Shown here: positions 28,237 to 39,077 of the stretch, piece by piece | How positions within the stretch are numbered: position 1 is the stretch's first letter | Layout: each line of letters begins with the position of its first letter | Source of the DNA: a virus | Taxonomy: Duplodnaviria; Caudoviricetes | Direction: 5' to 3' (one strand) | Virus record (IMG/VR): IMGVR_UViG_3300033144_003431 | Span: 13,336-77,335 of that record | Length of the DNA: 64,000 bases | The notes under the pieces: model-generated | Database searches by the model: none | What the model was told of the DNA's origin: nothing | Seen by the model: only the letters and a program-made list of their open reading frames with translations | Position numbers and translations under genes: made by a program

Positions 28237-29218
28237 TGTTTCTATACCATCCAATTGTGCGACGAACCGTTTCTTCTAATTGAGTTGTCGCTTCCCACTT
28301 GAGTCTGTTTTTTGCTCTCGACACATTGAGGCAACGTCTCGGCTGTCCATCGGGCTTCGTGTCGTCCCATACAATGTCAGCGTCATAACCACCGATGCGT
28401 TTGATCATTTCTGCAAGCTCTTTGATAGTAATCTCCTGGCCTGTGCCAAGGTTGATCGGTGCAGGACCAGTATCTTTCACCAGGGCGATACCAATCGCTC
28501 TGGCACAATCACCAGCGTACAAGAATTCTCGTGAGGCACTTCCAGTACCCCACAAGGTCACTTGAGGCACTACCCAATGACCGCCTTCAACCCCCACAAC
28601 GTGACGTTGTGGGTGTTCAAACTTCTTGATCAATGCCGGGATCACATGAGAACTGTACTCATCAAAATTATCCCACTCGCCCGCCATGTTCACAGGAACC
28701 AGATTGGTGACACTCATGCCATACTGGCGGGCGTATGCATCGCCCATTTCCATGACAGTCTTTTTAGCTATACCATAGGGAGCATTAGTCTCTTCTGGAT
28801 AGCCGTTGTGAATGTCCTCTTCTTTAAAAGGAACCGGCGTATGCTTGGGGTACGCACAAACTGTACTGAGATTCACCACCTTGGAGACGCCAGCTAGTCT
28901 GGCTGCCTCCAGGATGTTGATGCCCATCTGTAGATTCTCGTAGATGAACTTACCAGGATTGTCTTTATTTATCCCGATCCCCCCGCAGGTAGCGGCAAGA
29001 TGCACCACTGCCTCAACTTCTTGAGACAACATATACAGAGCTAATGCACGAGCACTACTCAAATACTGGTCACCTTTTTCACTATGCACTATGGCAATTG
29101 TTGGCTCAAGTAAATTTAGTTTTTTACTCGACGGAGTAAAGAGTTCATGCTCACCCTCTAGTTCTTTTACAACGTGTTTGCCAACGAAGCCATTAGCTCC
29201 TGTAATTAATACTTTCAT
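28229..29218 (-). CDS. fcl: GDP-L-fucose synthase
   Basis: TGANGFVG, LAATCGGI, CAYPK, PYGIAK, SHVIPALI, WGTG...REF, KPDGQPRR. Confidence 0.94.
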   Translation of the reverse strand: MKVLITGANGFVGKHVVKELEGEHELFTPSSKKLNLLEPTIAIVHSEKGDQYLSSARALALYMLSQEVEAVVHLAATCGGIGINKDNPGKFIYENLQMGINILEAARLAGVSKVVNLSTVCAYPKHTPVPFKEEDIHNGYPEETNAPYGIAKKTVMEMGDAYARQYGMSVTNLVPVNMAGEWDNFDEYSSHVIPALIKKFEHPQRHVVGVEGGHWVVPQVTLWGTGSASREFLYAGDCARAIGIALVKDTGPAPINLGTGQEITIKELAEMIKRIGGYDADIVWDDTKPDGQPRRCLNVSRAKNRLKWEATTQLEETVRRTIGWYRNNG

Positions 29219-29700
29219 GCTTCTGCAATCACCATAAACGAGTTGTTTAAATCTATACCGCTGATGTGGAACTTTGTAATGTCATGATCAACGAGAAAAG
29301 TCTTAATAATATTTCGCGTCAAAACATGTTTATGTTTTCTATTAAACCAAGGTCTCCAGTACGACTGACTAATGTCGGGTAGATACAAAAATAAAATACC
29401 ACCTGTCTTAATTCGACTGATCCAATGTTCTAGAGTATCAATCCAATTATCTACGTGTTCTAAACAATGGCTTGAAAAAATATAATCAACCTTCCGTGTG
29501 GTTAAATTGTTGGCATCGTCTCCATTTATGATATCGATACCAATTGCACCAGGAAACTTCCATTCTTCTTTGCAGTAACCGATATCATACCCCTCACCTT
29601 TGCATACCTGCTTGGCAAACGGCATGGCAAACTGTGCGGCATTTCCAATTGCCTGAAAAGCCGGATAGCACGTACCGTTATGTTCTATTGTCTCATACAT
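29215..29700 (-). CDS. SAM-dependent methyltransferase
   Basis: GYDIG, DYIFSSHCLEH, KTGGILFLYLP. Confidence 0.75.
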   Translation of the reverse strand: MYETIEHNGTCYPAFQAIGNAAQFAMPFAKQVCKGEGYDIGYCKEEWKFPGAIGIDIINGDDANNLTTRKVDYIFSSHCLEHVDNWIDTLEHWISRIKTGGILFLYLPDISQSYWRPWFNRKHKHVLTRNIIKTFLVDHDITKFHISGIDLNNSFMVIAEA

Positions 29701-30268
29701 TTGGTTTTAAGATAATGTAGCCTTCATTTCTGTAGTCACGAATGATCTCATGAGTGTCCTGAAACATTCTATATATGAAATCAATCCCATCGCCACCCAT
29801 TGTCTTTCTACCAGACCACGTTCCGCCATCAAATGGGCCGTCTTCATAAATACGGAGATCATCAATAATGAAATAGTCACTAGACACATCTCTAAGCCCT
29901 TTAATGATGACAAGTTCGCGTTCTAATGGTAACCTTAAATCCATATTTTTTTCATGATTGTAAGGCAAACCATGCATCTCTCCAGGAAAATGTGCATCTA
30001 GCCAGAAAACTATAGGTTGCTTGTGTCTGTATATGATCTTTGGTAGCACGCTGGAAGACGATCCACATAGTACCATCACTCGTTCGTCATCTTCAAACCT
30101 CTTGGCCGCATTACACGCACACGTAGGATCAATTTCAATAGAGTAAAAGTGCTCAAAATCATACTTCGTGGCATAAGCTAATGAGTCACCATTAGCAGTA
30201 CCAGTCTCTACAAACACTGATCTTTTTCCAATGTGTTCAGATAAATCAAAACTATTTAATGTTCCCAT
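29693..30268 (-). CDS. putative methyltransferase
   Basis: FVETGT, SIEID, FWLDAH, IIDD. Confidence 0.7.
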   Translation of the reverse strand: MGTLNSFDLSEHIGKRSVFVETGTANGDSLAYATKYDFEHFYSIEIDPTCACNAAKRFEDDERVMVLCGSSSSVLPKIIYRHKQPIVFWLDAHFPGEMHGLPYNHEKNMDLRLPLERELVIIKGLRDVSSDYFIIDDLRIYEDGPFDGGTWSGRKTMGGDGIDFIYRMFQDTHEIIRDYRNEGYIILKPNV

Positions 30269-30984
30269 TACAACTCCACGTAGTTAATGTTGTCAAACTT
30301 GAAAATCTTCTTAGGCACTGACATAAAGACAGTCGTAGGAGGCGTCAAAGACATGTGCTGTAAAGCAGAAGACACAACAGCACCACCACTCATTAAACAG
30401 ACGAACTCTTTACAGCTAGCAATACAATCAACATACTCAAAGATAGAACGCACTGTATACGTAGGGTATTTATCTTTTAGATAAACAGAAACCTCGCCGT
30501 TATGTGGTAGAGAAATATCTTGTTCAAAAGCTATTTGCAATACGTCAGTATTTGGCGTGTCACCCAGCTTCTCTACGACAGCCTTCTCTAAAATATCTTC
30601 AACGTATGGATCAGATCCAGCAGATAAGTCTAATAGTACTTTTCCTTGTAGTTCTGGCAGAATCTTTGGCTTGTAATATAACTTAGGATACTTATTGAAT
30701 ACCTTGCCGAAGTGTGCAATTTCCCAATTAGATACAATAGAACTCGTTACTTGTTGCATTGGCACGGGGTGTCCAGCTTGTGCTGGCTCATTGACAAATC
30801 CCTTGATATATGGATGAGTTCTCCACACTAGGTCTTTGATCTCCATGTTACGATAGTTACATTCTTCACTGATGTATACATCATAACCAAGTTCCGTGAA
30901 CAATTCTGGCAGGGTAGAAAACTGCAACTGATCACCAAGACCGTGCCAGTTATACGCACCACCTAAGACTATTCTTTTATTCAT
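30268..30984 (-). CDS. putative glycosyltransferase (GT-B; GT9/GT11-like)
   Basis: GLGDQL N-terminal motif; IASC..FV...SG. Confidence 0.55.
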   Translation of the reverse strand: MNKRIVLGGAYNWHGLGDQLQFSTLPELFTELGYDVYISEECNYRNMEIKDLVWRTHPYIKGFVNEPAQAGHPVPMQQVTSSIVSNWEIAHFGKVFNKYPKLYYKPKILPELQGKVLLDLSAGSDPYVEDILEKAVVEKLGDTPNTDVLQIAFEQDISLPHNGEVSVYLKDKYPTYTVRSIFEYVDCIASCKEFVCLMSGGAVVSSALQHMSLTPPTTVFMSVPKKIFKFDNINYVEL

Positions 30985-31514
30985 TTACAGCACTCCACAT
31001 GCATTTCTAGGTTAGCACGATCTACCTGAGCACGAGGTGGCCCATCAAGAAAGTTAATACTTGTAAAGCCAGCTAAAATTAAAACCTTTTTCATTGTTTG
31101 TTTCGAGAAAAGAGACTGATGCTGACCAACAGAACAAATCCAATCTGAGTAATTTGGGAACGGATGATTAGCACCATCAGCACAAGACCACTGTGGAAAA
31201 TTGGTCATCAACCAAATGATCTTCTCGATATCCGGAACCTTGATCTCCAGTCTACCGCCAGGTTTTAGTACTCTCTGCCATTCTGCCAAAGCATCAAACA
31301 CAGTTTTAGGATTCAATGGATTAGATAGGTGTGGTTCATAATTATTGCCACTCCTAAAGTGCTCTAAAATATGTGAAGCATACACCTCGTCTACAGAATT
31401 ATCATCAAACGGTAAATCTGTCACGTCAGCCTTTACGTCAGCTTCCGAATGATCAAAGTCTACACTGATGTATCCTTCGATGTGATCTCCATGACTAGCT
31501 AAGTTGAGTTTCAT
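30981..31514 (-). CDS. SAM-dependent methyltransferase type 11
   Basis: LPFDDNSVDEVYASHILEH, RVLKPGG. Confidence 0.85.
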   Translation of the reverse strand: MKLNLASHGDHIEGYISVDFDHSEADVKADVTDLPFDDNSVDEVYASHILEHFRSGNNYEPHLSNPLNPKTVFDALAEWQRVLKPGGRLEIKVPDIEKIIWLMTNFPQWSCADGANHPFPNYSDWICSVGQHQSLFSKQTMKKVLILAGFTSINFLDGPPRAQVDRANLEMHVECCK

Positions 31515-32485
31515 AGTACCCCTACTTCTTTAAATATACTTTCCAATCTGTGATGCCACTGGTGTTCTTCAAGCATACGTTCTCTTCCGGCTTTTGCAAT
31601 CTCAAAACGTTCTTCAGGATTATTAAGGTAGTACTTTATTTTTCCAATCAAATCATTAGCATCTTGTGCGACAACAATCTCTTCACCATCTACAAAATAG
31701 CTAGCTAGATCATCTGCGGGTGTACAAATTTGCATGCCACCATTTTGTGGGATCTCAAAGTGACGACCTTTAATTTGCGGCATCGAACCGTGGTGCCAAG
31801 GATTGGATAGATTCAAGCAGATCTTACTCTGATCAAACACCTTAATCATATCAAGGAAGTTTGTTTGGTATCCGTGCCAGTTCTCGTATCCATCCCAGTA
31901 ATTACCGAACAGGTCGATCTTGATACCAGCATTCATAATGGCATCAATATACTCTGCTCTCAAGAAACGACCACCAGGCATGATGCCATGCTTCTGACCA
32001 ACAAACGTTACGTCATAGGTCTTCTCAGATCCTTGAGGATGGTAGTACGGAGAACCACCCCACTGAGATCGCAGCACATTCATACCTTGTTCTTTATACC
32101 AGTCTACCGTTCCGGAGTGCGTGGTAACAAAGTGACTCACGCGATCTTTTCTCGGAGCGATCCAATTTGAAAAACGCCACGAAGCATCACAGTCCCACTG
32201 AATGATAGGAATATCCTTTTTGAGTGCTAGCTTAGCTGCACCCTCAGGAAAGTCTAGGTGTTCGTTGAAGGCAACATGAAAAATAGCATCATAATTACCA
32301 TCTAGAACCATTTCGGTAGCAGCCCTATGAACATCAGGAGACTCATCTGGATACAGACAATCTACTTGAAACATACCTCTCTCAGCACAGTCCTTGAAGC
32401 CAGCTTCAAGGTTAAAGTGCTCGTAGGAGAACCCTTCTTCTTTTTTACCGTAGTTGTACAGTAGTCCAACGTATAGAACTTTCAT
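31511..32485 (-). CDS. CgeB-like glycosyltransferase
   Basis: YDVTFVG, SKICLN, RHFEIP, YF..GEEIV, EH.W.HRL. Confidence 0.85.
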   Translation of the reverse strand: MKVLYVGLLYNYGKKEEGFSYEHFNLEAGFKDCAERGMFQVDCLYPDESPDVHRAATEMVLDGNYDAIFHVAFNEHLDFPEGAAKLALKKDIPIIQWDCDASWRFSNWIAPRKDRVSHFVTTHSGTVDWYKEQGMNVLRSQWGGSPYYHPQGSEKTYDVTFVGQKHGIMPGGRFLRAEYIDAIMNAGIKIDLFGNYWDGYENWHGYQTNFLDMIKVFDQSKICLNLSNPWHHGSMPQIKGRHFEIPQNGGMQICTPADDLASYFVDGEEIVVAQDANDLIGKIKYYLNNPEERFEIAKAGRERMLEEHQWHHRLESIFKEVGVL

Positions 32486-32916
32486 TGATTTAGATATTTT
32501 TTCTGACTCTTGCGTTTTCGTATACGTCTACACGCTTTACATTCGCGTGCCCCTGTAGGATTGACATATGTATTCTTATCATCAAATGCATGTCCTCTAA
32601 TACAATGTGTTTTAGCAGCATTAATAGCAGTTACACCACCGTTAAGTAAGACGTTATCTCTCTTAGATAATAATTCCAAGTGGTTAAGATTAACACATGC
32701 ACGATTATTACACTGATGATGCACAGTCATGTTACCGGGAATGGCACCATGTGTGCATTCATAAATAAAACGATGAGCAACAGTAGTTGCACCATTATAA
32801 TGAAACTGACCATAACCATCTTGACTCAAGTTGCCTCGCCAGTTCCAGCAATCGGTAACTTCATCTACGCAATATTTAGTATGGAATCTGGCCAAATACA
32901 TATTTCTTAGTTTCAT
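32482..32916 (-). CDS. HNH homing endonuclease
   Basis: CWNW, DGYG, AHR, HHQCNNRACVNLNHL, HCIRGH. Confidence 0.9.
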   Translation of the reverse strand: MKLRNMYLARFHTKYCVDEVTDCWNWRGNLSQDGYGQFHYNGATTVAHRFIYECTHGAIPGNMTVHHQCNNRACVNLNHLELLSKRDNVLLNGGVTAINAAKTHCIRGHAFDDKNTYVNPTGARECKACRRIRKRKSQKKYLNQ

Positions 32917-33578
32917 CTTGGCACCGAAGTTCCTAATGTGTAAACGTATAGCCTTTCAGCTACTTTGCCAAAACGGAAACCAGCATTCATTGCTCGTCCC
33001 CAAAGATCCCAGTCCTCACGACCAAGCAAAAGTTTATCGGTACTGTAGCCACCAAGGCTTTCCAGTGCGATTTTACGAATCATCATGCTTCCGTGACAAA
33101 GTACATTCTCTTCCGGAAGCCGTGCAGTGATATCTTCGTGGGTGATATACTCTGTCGTGGAGAAACAATTGGGAACCATGTATCCATCAAGAATATCCCA
33201 TGCTTGAGTGGCACAGAAATCTACATCTGAGTGCTCTATCATCCATTGACGCTGCACGCCAATCTTACAGTCTAAATACTCATCATCAGCATCCAGATAA
33301 GCAATCCAATCACCGTTACATTTACCCAATCCAAAGTTCTTGGCAGCAGCTAAACCTTGTTTGTTGGGTCGCTCGAAAAAACGAATATTGAGGACTTCGC
33401 GATAACTGTCCACGATGCTGCGAGTACCGTCCCAGCACTCGTCTAATACGACGACAACTTCGAAGCCCTCGTACGTCTGACGTACCAAGGATTCAAGTGC
33501 CTTTTGGAATAGTTGATCATGCTCCAGGTCGGGACTGTGGACGCAGATTAGAACGCTGATTTTATCAGTTGCTTTCAT
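32913..33578 (-). CDS. glycosyltransferase family 2
   Basis: ISVLI, GLAAAKNFG, YLDADD, EDWDLW. Confidence 0.9.
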   Translation of the reverse strand: MKATDKISVLICVHSPDLEHDQLFQKALESLVRQTYEGFEVVVVLDECWDGTRSIVDSYREVLNIRFFERPNKQGLAAAKNFGLGKCNGDWIAYLDADDEYLDCKIGVQRQWMIEHSDVDFCATQAWDILDGYMVPNCFSTTEYITHEDITARLPEENVLCHGSMMIRKIALESLGGYSTDKLLLGREDWDLWGRAMNAGFRFGKVAERLYVYTLGTSVPR

Positions 33579-34473
33579 GAGGGAATACCGTCTTTAACAT
33601 TTCCTGACAGCGGTTTTGGTAAGTGTGATTTTCAAAAACAATAGATTGATTGTATTTACACAGTTCGTTTAAACTATGAGGGCCATCATGAGCCAGTAAC
33701 GTCTTCGTAAAGGCCGCAATCTCTCCTGTGCTCTCGTATGGCATAGCACGAGAGTCAATACCGGCCTCAATGTTCATTTCATTGTCAAAGTGTTCAGTAA
33801 AAACAAACGTGCCCGCTGCTTGTGTTTCCCAGAAACGCATGTTTAACAGGCCACGTCCCTCAGGGGGGTTTTGATTGATGACAATTTTAGCTGACGCCAA
33901 GGCGTCAATGTAGTCTTCTCGGAACACGTCTCCCACCAACTCTAACTTCACTCCGTGTTGCTTGAGTTCAGTAGCCAGAGCACGCCTATCGTCGCGGATA
34001 GACCCAACAAGAACAACGTCGCGGGTTTTGGGATACTCCAGTGATCTTCCATGTAGTTCGCGGTCACAAGCATAAGGTAGATAATGTGCATTCTTGTACC
34101 CCCATACTCTATATTCTTGTATGGTAAGAGGATTGGCTAGAAATAGGTGATCAAATCTAAAGTAATCAACTAGTCTTTTGTAGCGGTCTTGATGATACGA
34201 AGTATCAAATAACCAGCACGCTGTCTTACGTGCTCTCACGAGCTGTAGCTCGTGATATTGAGGGTCACCATCGTTGCATTCCATATATAAAATCAGGTCA
34301 AACTCATGGTTGTCTAACGCAAATTTTCTATCTTCGACCCATTTGTTTTGTTGGTAATATTTCGCATATGGAAACACCTCATGACCCAAGGCACGAAGTG
34401 CTTTAACTACCATGTCCCCCGTACTCCATCCTGGACTCTGTGGGATTCCCCTAAATGAAACCAGTATTTTCAT
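33565..34473 (-). CDS. CgeB-like glycosyltransferase
   Basis: YLPYACD, DVVLVGS, AKIVIN, NMRFWE, HTYQNR. Confidence 0.85.
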   Translation of the reverse strand: MKILVSFRGIPQSPGWSTGDMVVKALRALGHEVFPYAKYYQQNKWVEDRKFALDNHEFDLILYMECNDGDPQYHELQLVRARKTACWLFDTSYHQDRYKRLVDYFRFDHLFLANPLTIQEYRVWGYKNAHYLPYACDRELHGRSLEYPKTRDVVLVGSIRDDRRALATELKQHGVKLELVGDVFREDYIDALASAKIVINQNPPEGRGLLNMRFWETQAAGTFVFTEHFDNEMNIEAGIDSRAMPYESTGEIAAFTKTLLAHDGPHSLNELCKYNQSIVFENHTYQNRCQEMLKTVFPHESN

Positions 34474-35054
34474 AATGCCAATACCTTGACAAGTTGCTTG
34501 AATTGTCGTGATGTATAAAAATCCTCAGGATGCTTAGTGTGTTTTTTAGCATTACAAGATCGACACAATAAAACCGCATTACTAATACAAAGACCGAATT
34601 CATCAATGAGAGGATAATGATGATCAATCTCTAGTCGTTCTTGTGCATCACAGTTAAAACACCGATTATTGAAACGCTCGTAAATAAGCTGAATATCTGC
34701 ATTACTCAACTGCATGTCTACATTGCGTACGCGATGACGACGACGCCTAGCTGATTGTTGTTTTGTTATACGTCCTTTGTCTGTTTGATTATATCTAGCT
34801 ATATTAGCATAGATATGCTTTCTGCCATTTTCACTTTCGCGATATTTCTTATCATCTTTTTGCTTTGCTATACGTCCCTTGGTAGATTGTCTATAGCGTT
34901 TCTTTGTGGCTTTTCCATCGGAAGTTTTAAAATAACTGCTAGCCTTCCGTTTGTCACACTCCTTACATCGGCTAGATAATCCGTCCGGACGACTACAATC
35001 CTTATAAAAGTCTTTCATAGGCTTGTTACTATGACATAAATAACATGTTTTCAT
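34470..35054 (-). CDS. HNH homing endonuclease
   Basis: KTCYLC...CKEC; CFNC, IDHHYPL, LCRSCNAKK. Confidence 0.88.
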   Translation of the reverse strand: MKTCYLCHSNKPMKDFYKDCSRPDGLSSRCKECDKRKASSYFKTSDGKATKKRYRQSTKGRIAKQKDDKKYRESENGRKHIYANIARYNQTDKGRITKQQSARRRRHRVRNVDMQLSNADIQLIYERFNNRCFNCDAQERLEIDHHYPLIDEFGLCISNAVLLCRSCNAKKHTKHPEDFYTSRQFKQLVKVLAL

Positions 35055-36118
35055 GGCTTACCCTGGCCATGGGGCGTGCCTTCAATGCGACCAGCGGCAG
35101 TAACTTCTACGTAAGCGGCCCTTTCTTTGAGTTGTTGTATGTTGTTAGCTCCACAATATGTGCAACCACTACGGATACCTCCTATCAGGTCACCAATCAC
35201 AGCGGAGACAGGTCCCTTAGCGGTAACCGTCGTCTCTACACCCTCGGCTGTCTTCCAGTCATTCATGGTCCCCATGAAGTCATCTTGAGCTTCTTTAGAG
35301 GCCATACCACGGAACTTCTTGAATCTACGTGTAAGAGTTCCAGCAGGAGAAGCACTTTCCCAGATGGGCTCTTCGTGAATCTCTCCAGGAGTTTCATCTG
35401 TACCAGCGAGCATCCCGCCAAGCATAACTGCATCTGCACCAGCGACGAAAGCTTTTACTGCGTCACCAGGGGTACGGATGCCACCATCAGCGATGATAAA
35501 GACATTAACTCTACTGCACTCTTGGATAGCTGTAAACTGAGGCACGCCAAAACCAGTCTTTATACGAGTAGAACAAACACTCCCAGGGCCAATGCCCACC
35601 TTAACGGCGTCGGCACCTTTGTCCGCCAAATATTCAGCACCAGTAGCGTGACACACATTCCCGGCAATAACAAATACCCCATCATCAAACTCCTTAATCT
35701 TCTGAACCATCTGACCTACGGGCTTACTGTGTCCGTGAGCAATATCAATACAAAAGTAACGTGCTCCTACTTCATAGAGTGCATGAAAACGATCAAGCCC
35801 CTCGTTGACACCAAGAGATACTACAGTCTCGCAGTCTCTTAGGCGTGGTGATCGAGTATTTTGCCATTCAAGAGTTGCGTCGTTATACATCGTAACATTG
35901 TCTTCAATGCTACAGAAACGATGTAAAAAACCAAGACCACCCTGATCATAAATACGTCTAGCCATAAAATGACCAGTAACAGTGTCCATGTTCGAACTCA
36001 AGACAGGAATTCTGAGCTTAAGACCTCCAAACTGAACGCTAGTGTCTACGTCTCTTCGGCTAGCGATATTGTTGTATCGCGGCACGAGAGAAATGTCGTC
36101 AAATGACAGAGCTTTCAT
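35051..36118 (-). CDS. GMP reductase / IMP dehydrogenase family, no CBS domains (GuaC-like)
   Basis: [47 protein letters not shown]; no RY flap dyad. Confidence 0.85.
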   Translation of the reverse strand: MKALSFDDISLVPRYNNIASRRDVDTSVQFGGLKLRIPVLSSNMDTVTGHFMARRIYDQGGLGFLHRFCSIEDNVTMYNDATLEWQNTRSPRLRDCETVVSLGVNEGLDRFHALYEVGARYFCIDIAHGHSKPVGQMVQKIKEFDDGVFVIAGNVCHATGAEYLADKGADAVKVGIGPGSVCSTRIKTGFGVPQFTAIQECSRVNVFIIADGGIRTPGDAVKAFVAGADAVMLGGMLAGTDETPGEIHEEPIWESASPAGTLTRRFKKFRGMASKEAQDDFMGTMNDWKTAEGVETTVTAKGPVSAVIGDLIGGIRSGCTYCGANNIQQLKERAAYVEVTAAGRIEGTPHGQGKP

Positions 36119-36861
36119 AGGGCTTGTGCTAATGCTTGTACGTGTTCAGCTACGTTCAGTTCGTTCTCATCGAAAACCTGTCCAATAAACTCTGTGCCGA
36201 TTCTCGGTAAAGGAAAGTCTCGTGCGTGTGGCTCCATGCGAAAGAACGATGCATGTACCATCGCATCGTCAACGATGCGAGGGTAGATGATAGAGTTCAA
36301 AAAGTCCTGATCAGTTTGCCACCTGTCTTCCTGATTCCACGCGGCCATTAGTACAATCATATTTGGCACCACGTCAGCTTTTACGCCCCACATCCCACCA
36401 AGAATAGATGAACCATGCCAAGGATGATCTCGCATAATGTGAAATCCCTTGTCGGATTCCATCCAGGCGTCTACCGCCGCCTTCTCGCGATAAGACAGTC
36501 TACTGTCACAGTCGCGTGAAATCATTGCCTCTACATTAGGATCGGACGCTGGCTCGAAACGCCAAAACATACCACGCCAATCCCCCGGTTCTTGTATGTG
36601 ATAGATCTCAATTTCATTAGTGGTTTCAGTATGGATCGAGCCACACATGGCTTCCCACTTGTTTTCTATCCGCACAAATCGCGACCACCTATTTGTTAGG
36701 CTTATGAGATCTTCTGTCACTTTAAACGCAGTCGAACGTCCAATATAAAACCTACAAGTCCAGCCTGGAAACAACTCCATGGCCAGTATTGCATTGCGAA
36801 TAGCTCCTTGGGTATACTTGAGATCATTGCCCCATAAACTAAAACTGATTACCTTACTCAT
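36115..36861 (-). CDS. putative glycosyltransferase (GT-A)
   Basis: ISFSLWG...Y, MFWRF, SRDCDSR (DxD), MRDHP, DQDFL. Confidence 0.6.
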   Translation of the reverse strand: MSKVISFSLWGNDLKYTQGAIRNAILAMELFPGWTCRFYIGRSTAFKVTEDLISLTNRWSRFVRIENKWEAMCGSIHTETTNEIEIYHIQEPGDWRGMFWRFEPASDPNVEAMISRDCDSRLSYREKAAVDAWMESDKGFHIMRDHPWHGSSILGGMWGVKADVVPNMIVLMAAWNQEDRWQTDQDFLNSIIYPRIVDDAMVHASFFRMEPHARDFPLPRIGTEFIGQVFDENELNVAEHVQALAQAL

Positions 36862-38008
36862 TATCAAGCACCCAATCGTACAATTGTACTAGCTGACCAG
36901 TCATGCATTCTGCTTCAAAATAACGCATAGCACGACGACGAGCCTCAAGACCAAAGTGCTCCCTGAGGCGAACCAAACCAGACTCATCCTCAGCGGCCAT
37001 TTCGGGGTTCTCGATTAGCTGAACCAATACATCACGGTAAGCGATGTGGTCTACGACAGGAACAACGAAACCAGCATTACCAATAATCTCAGACTGACCG
37101 TTGTAGATTGCAGACTCGTGAGAGACAACGGGAAGTCTGTGCATCATTGCTTCTTGGATATTGCACGGGCAGCATTCACCATCATGGCGGGCATGGGCGT
37201 ATATGTCCAGCCCCATATAAAACCTAGACAACTCTGTATCATCCACAATAGGATCACTGAAACGAACATTTTGAATTCCTAGTCTTGTTACTGTATCACG
37301 CCACCCTTGACATGGATTGACAACAATGTAGTAAGCGTTAGGGTACATCTTTTCGACTTCTAGAAATGCCATCAAAGAGATAGGATCAAAGTTATCTGCT
37401 CGTCCTACTCGTCCAAGTAGAATAGCATCATGCGGAATCTTGAATTTCTCCAGCAACTTTTCACGCCAAATTTCTTTCTGCTCAGGTAGTACGTCCATGA
37501 CCGGCTGATCAATCGGATTGTAAAGCACGGGACCATCGGGGCTTCCATCAGCTAACGCTCTCTCTCGGATGTAGCCCGAAATATAGATGTTCAGATCAAT
37601 CTGACGTTCCGGTGTTCTGTCTGCCTTACCGAAGATGTTGGTTTCCACCCACTTTGCACGAGGTGCCATGTAACGGAAACAAGGCCATTCGGCATAACCA
37701 GAGCGATGAACGTGAACAATGTCAGGATCAATATCACTTAGCACCTCGTGCAAGTTGTCGTGCTGCGGCATGTACGGTGCCTGACGACCTTTCTTGCCGG
37801 GTTCCCATTCGTAACCAACAACGTGATCATCACCAAGCCACTGACGAGCGATATCTAGTCGTTGGTTCTGACTATCACCGAGACGATAAACGATGTATGG
37901 CTCAAAGCGTTCGCTACGAGCTAAATACTTACAGAAAAGCTGGGCCGTACGGTCTGTGCCGCTGTAACCAACAGTTTTACTATGATGGACTACTTTGATT
38001 TTATTCAT
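36854..38008 (-). CDS. glycosyltransferase family 4
   Basis: DIYAHAR.DGE....IQEAM...PVVSH; paralogue of 38001. Confidence 0.85.
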   Translation of the reverse strand: MNKIKVVHHSKTVGYSGTDRTAQLFCKYLARSERFEPYIVYRLGDSQNQRLDIARQWLGDDHVVGYEWEPGKKGRQAPYMPQHDNLHEVLSDIDPDIVHVHRSGYAEWPCFRYMAPRAKWVETNIFGKADRTPERQIDLNIYISGYIRERALADGSPDGPVLYNPIDQPVMDVLPEQKEIWREKLLEKFKIPHDAILLGRVGRADNFDPISLMAFLEVEKMYPNAYYIVVNPCQGWRDTVTRLGIQNVRFSDPIVDDTELSRFYMGLDIYAHARHDGECCPCNIQEAMMHRLPVVSHESAIYNGQSEIIGNAGFVVPVVDHIAYRDVLVQLIENPEMAAEDESGLVRLREHFGLEARRRAMRYFEAECMTGQLVQLYDWVLDNE

Positions 38009-39077
38009 CTGCGATTTCTCTATAGATCTTTTCTAGTTTAGCCACACAGGCGTCAACGTGATATTCTTTTACCGACTTAAAAATAGCGGCATGGCCGAAG
38101 TCTTCTCTCAGTTTTTCGTTGTTGATCAAACGTAACAAGGCTTCCGCATATTCCGCCGGATCGTTATTCACAATGAAGCCAGTCTCGCCATCATCGACAA
38201 GTTCTGTCTGAGACTGAAACACACCCATGTTTGGATTACTAGGTGTGGCAATGTGTGTAACGACCGGCTTTCCGTGAATCATTGCCTCTGCAATGTTAAC
38301 TCCAAATGTCTCACCGTCTGCTCTAGCGTGAGCGTAGATGTCTACACTGTTATAGAACTGACTTAGGACTAATGGATTGGTTGTTGGTTCAATAACTTTA
38401 AATGGAATCTCGTATTCCGCAAGGTCATTGATCATGTTGCTGGGTGGTGCCACTACAAGGAAGCGTACGTCGTGTCCCTGCATACGTAGTAACCGGGCAG
38501 CATCTACGCTGACAGAGTTATAGATACCATTGTCCGGTCGCCCACAGCGACCCAGCCAAATGGCATCGCTTGAAAGTCCAGAAATACGTTTGTCTGAATA
38601 CGGCATTTCTACCGGGTTGTTCACGAAGTCAAACCGAGGATGGAGTCTGCCGCGAAGCGTGTGGTCCATTAGCCACCTGCTCATGAACAGCGACTTTGAC
38701 ACCTTGGGGTTCTGGTCGATGAAACCAAAGACGTTGGTCTCCACGAAGTGGGGCACATGAATGTGGACTCCCGGCTCGGGGAACTCGGCATACCCGCTTC
38801 GATACGTGTGTACGATATCAACTTCGTACATGTCAATAACAGCCTGTAGATCGTCCCCTGTGGGGTCACCGTCCTGATAGGAGTCTACCGCTACTAAGGT
38901 GCCACCACAGACGGCAGCGGCCTTTTGAAACTCTTCTAGTCTAGGGTGGTCGCCACCTTTTTCGTATGCTACTATAGTGTTGAAGTCTGGACTAGTGAGT
39001 TGCTCGAAAAACAACTGACACGTCTTAGCTGTACCACCAAGATCAAGGTGACGCAAGTAGTGTAGAACGGTAATCAT
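38001..39077 (-). CDS. glycosyltransferase family 4
   Basis: GGTAK, DIYAHARADGETFGVNIAEAMIHGKPVV, GETGFIV. Confidence 0.9.
   Translation of the reverse strand: MITVLHYLRHLDLGGTAKTCQLFFEQLTSPDFNTIVAYEKGGDHPRLEEFQKAAAVCGGTLVAVDSYQDGDPTGDDLQAVIDMYEVDIVHTYRSGYAEFPEPGVHIHVPHFVETNVFGFIDQNPKVSKSLFMSRWLMDHTLRGRLHPRFDFVNNPVEMPYSDKRISGLSSDAIWLGRCGRPDNGIYNSVSVDAARLLRMQGHDVRFLVVAPPSNMINDLAEYEIPFKVIEPTTNPLVLSQFYNSVDIYAHARADGETFGVNIAEAMIHGKPVVTHIATPSNPNMGVFQSQTELVDDGETGFIVNNDPAEYAEALLRLINNEKLREDFGHAAIFKSVKEYHVDACVAKLEKIYREIADE

Noticed and set aside
35045-35842. 265-aa + strand ORF and the other antisense or nested ORFs in the track
   Set aside because: They shadow well-supported genes on the opposite strand or in another frame and show no recognisable motifs
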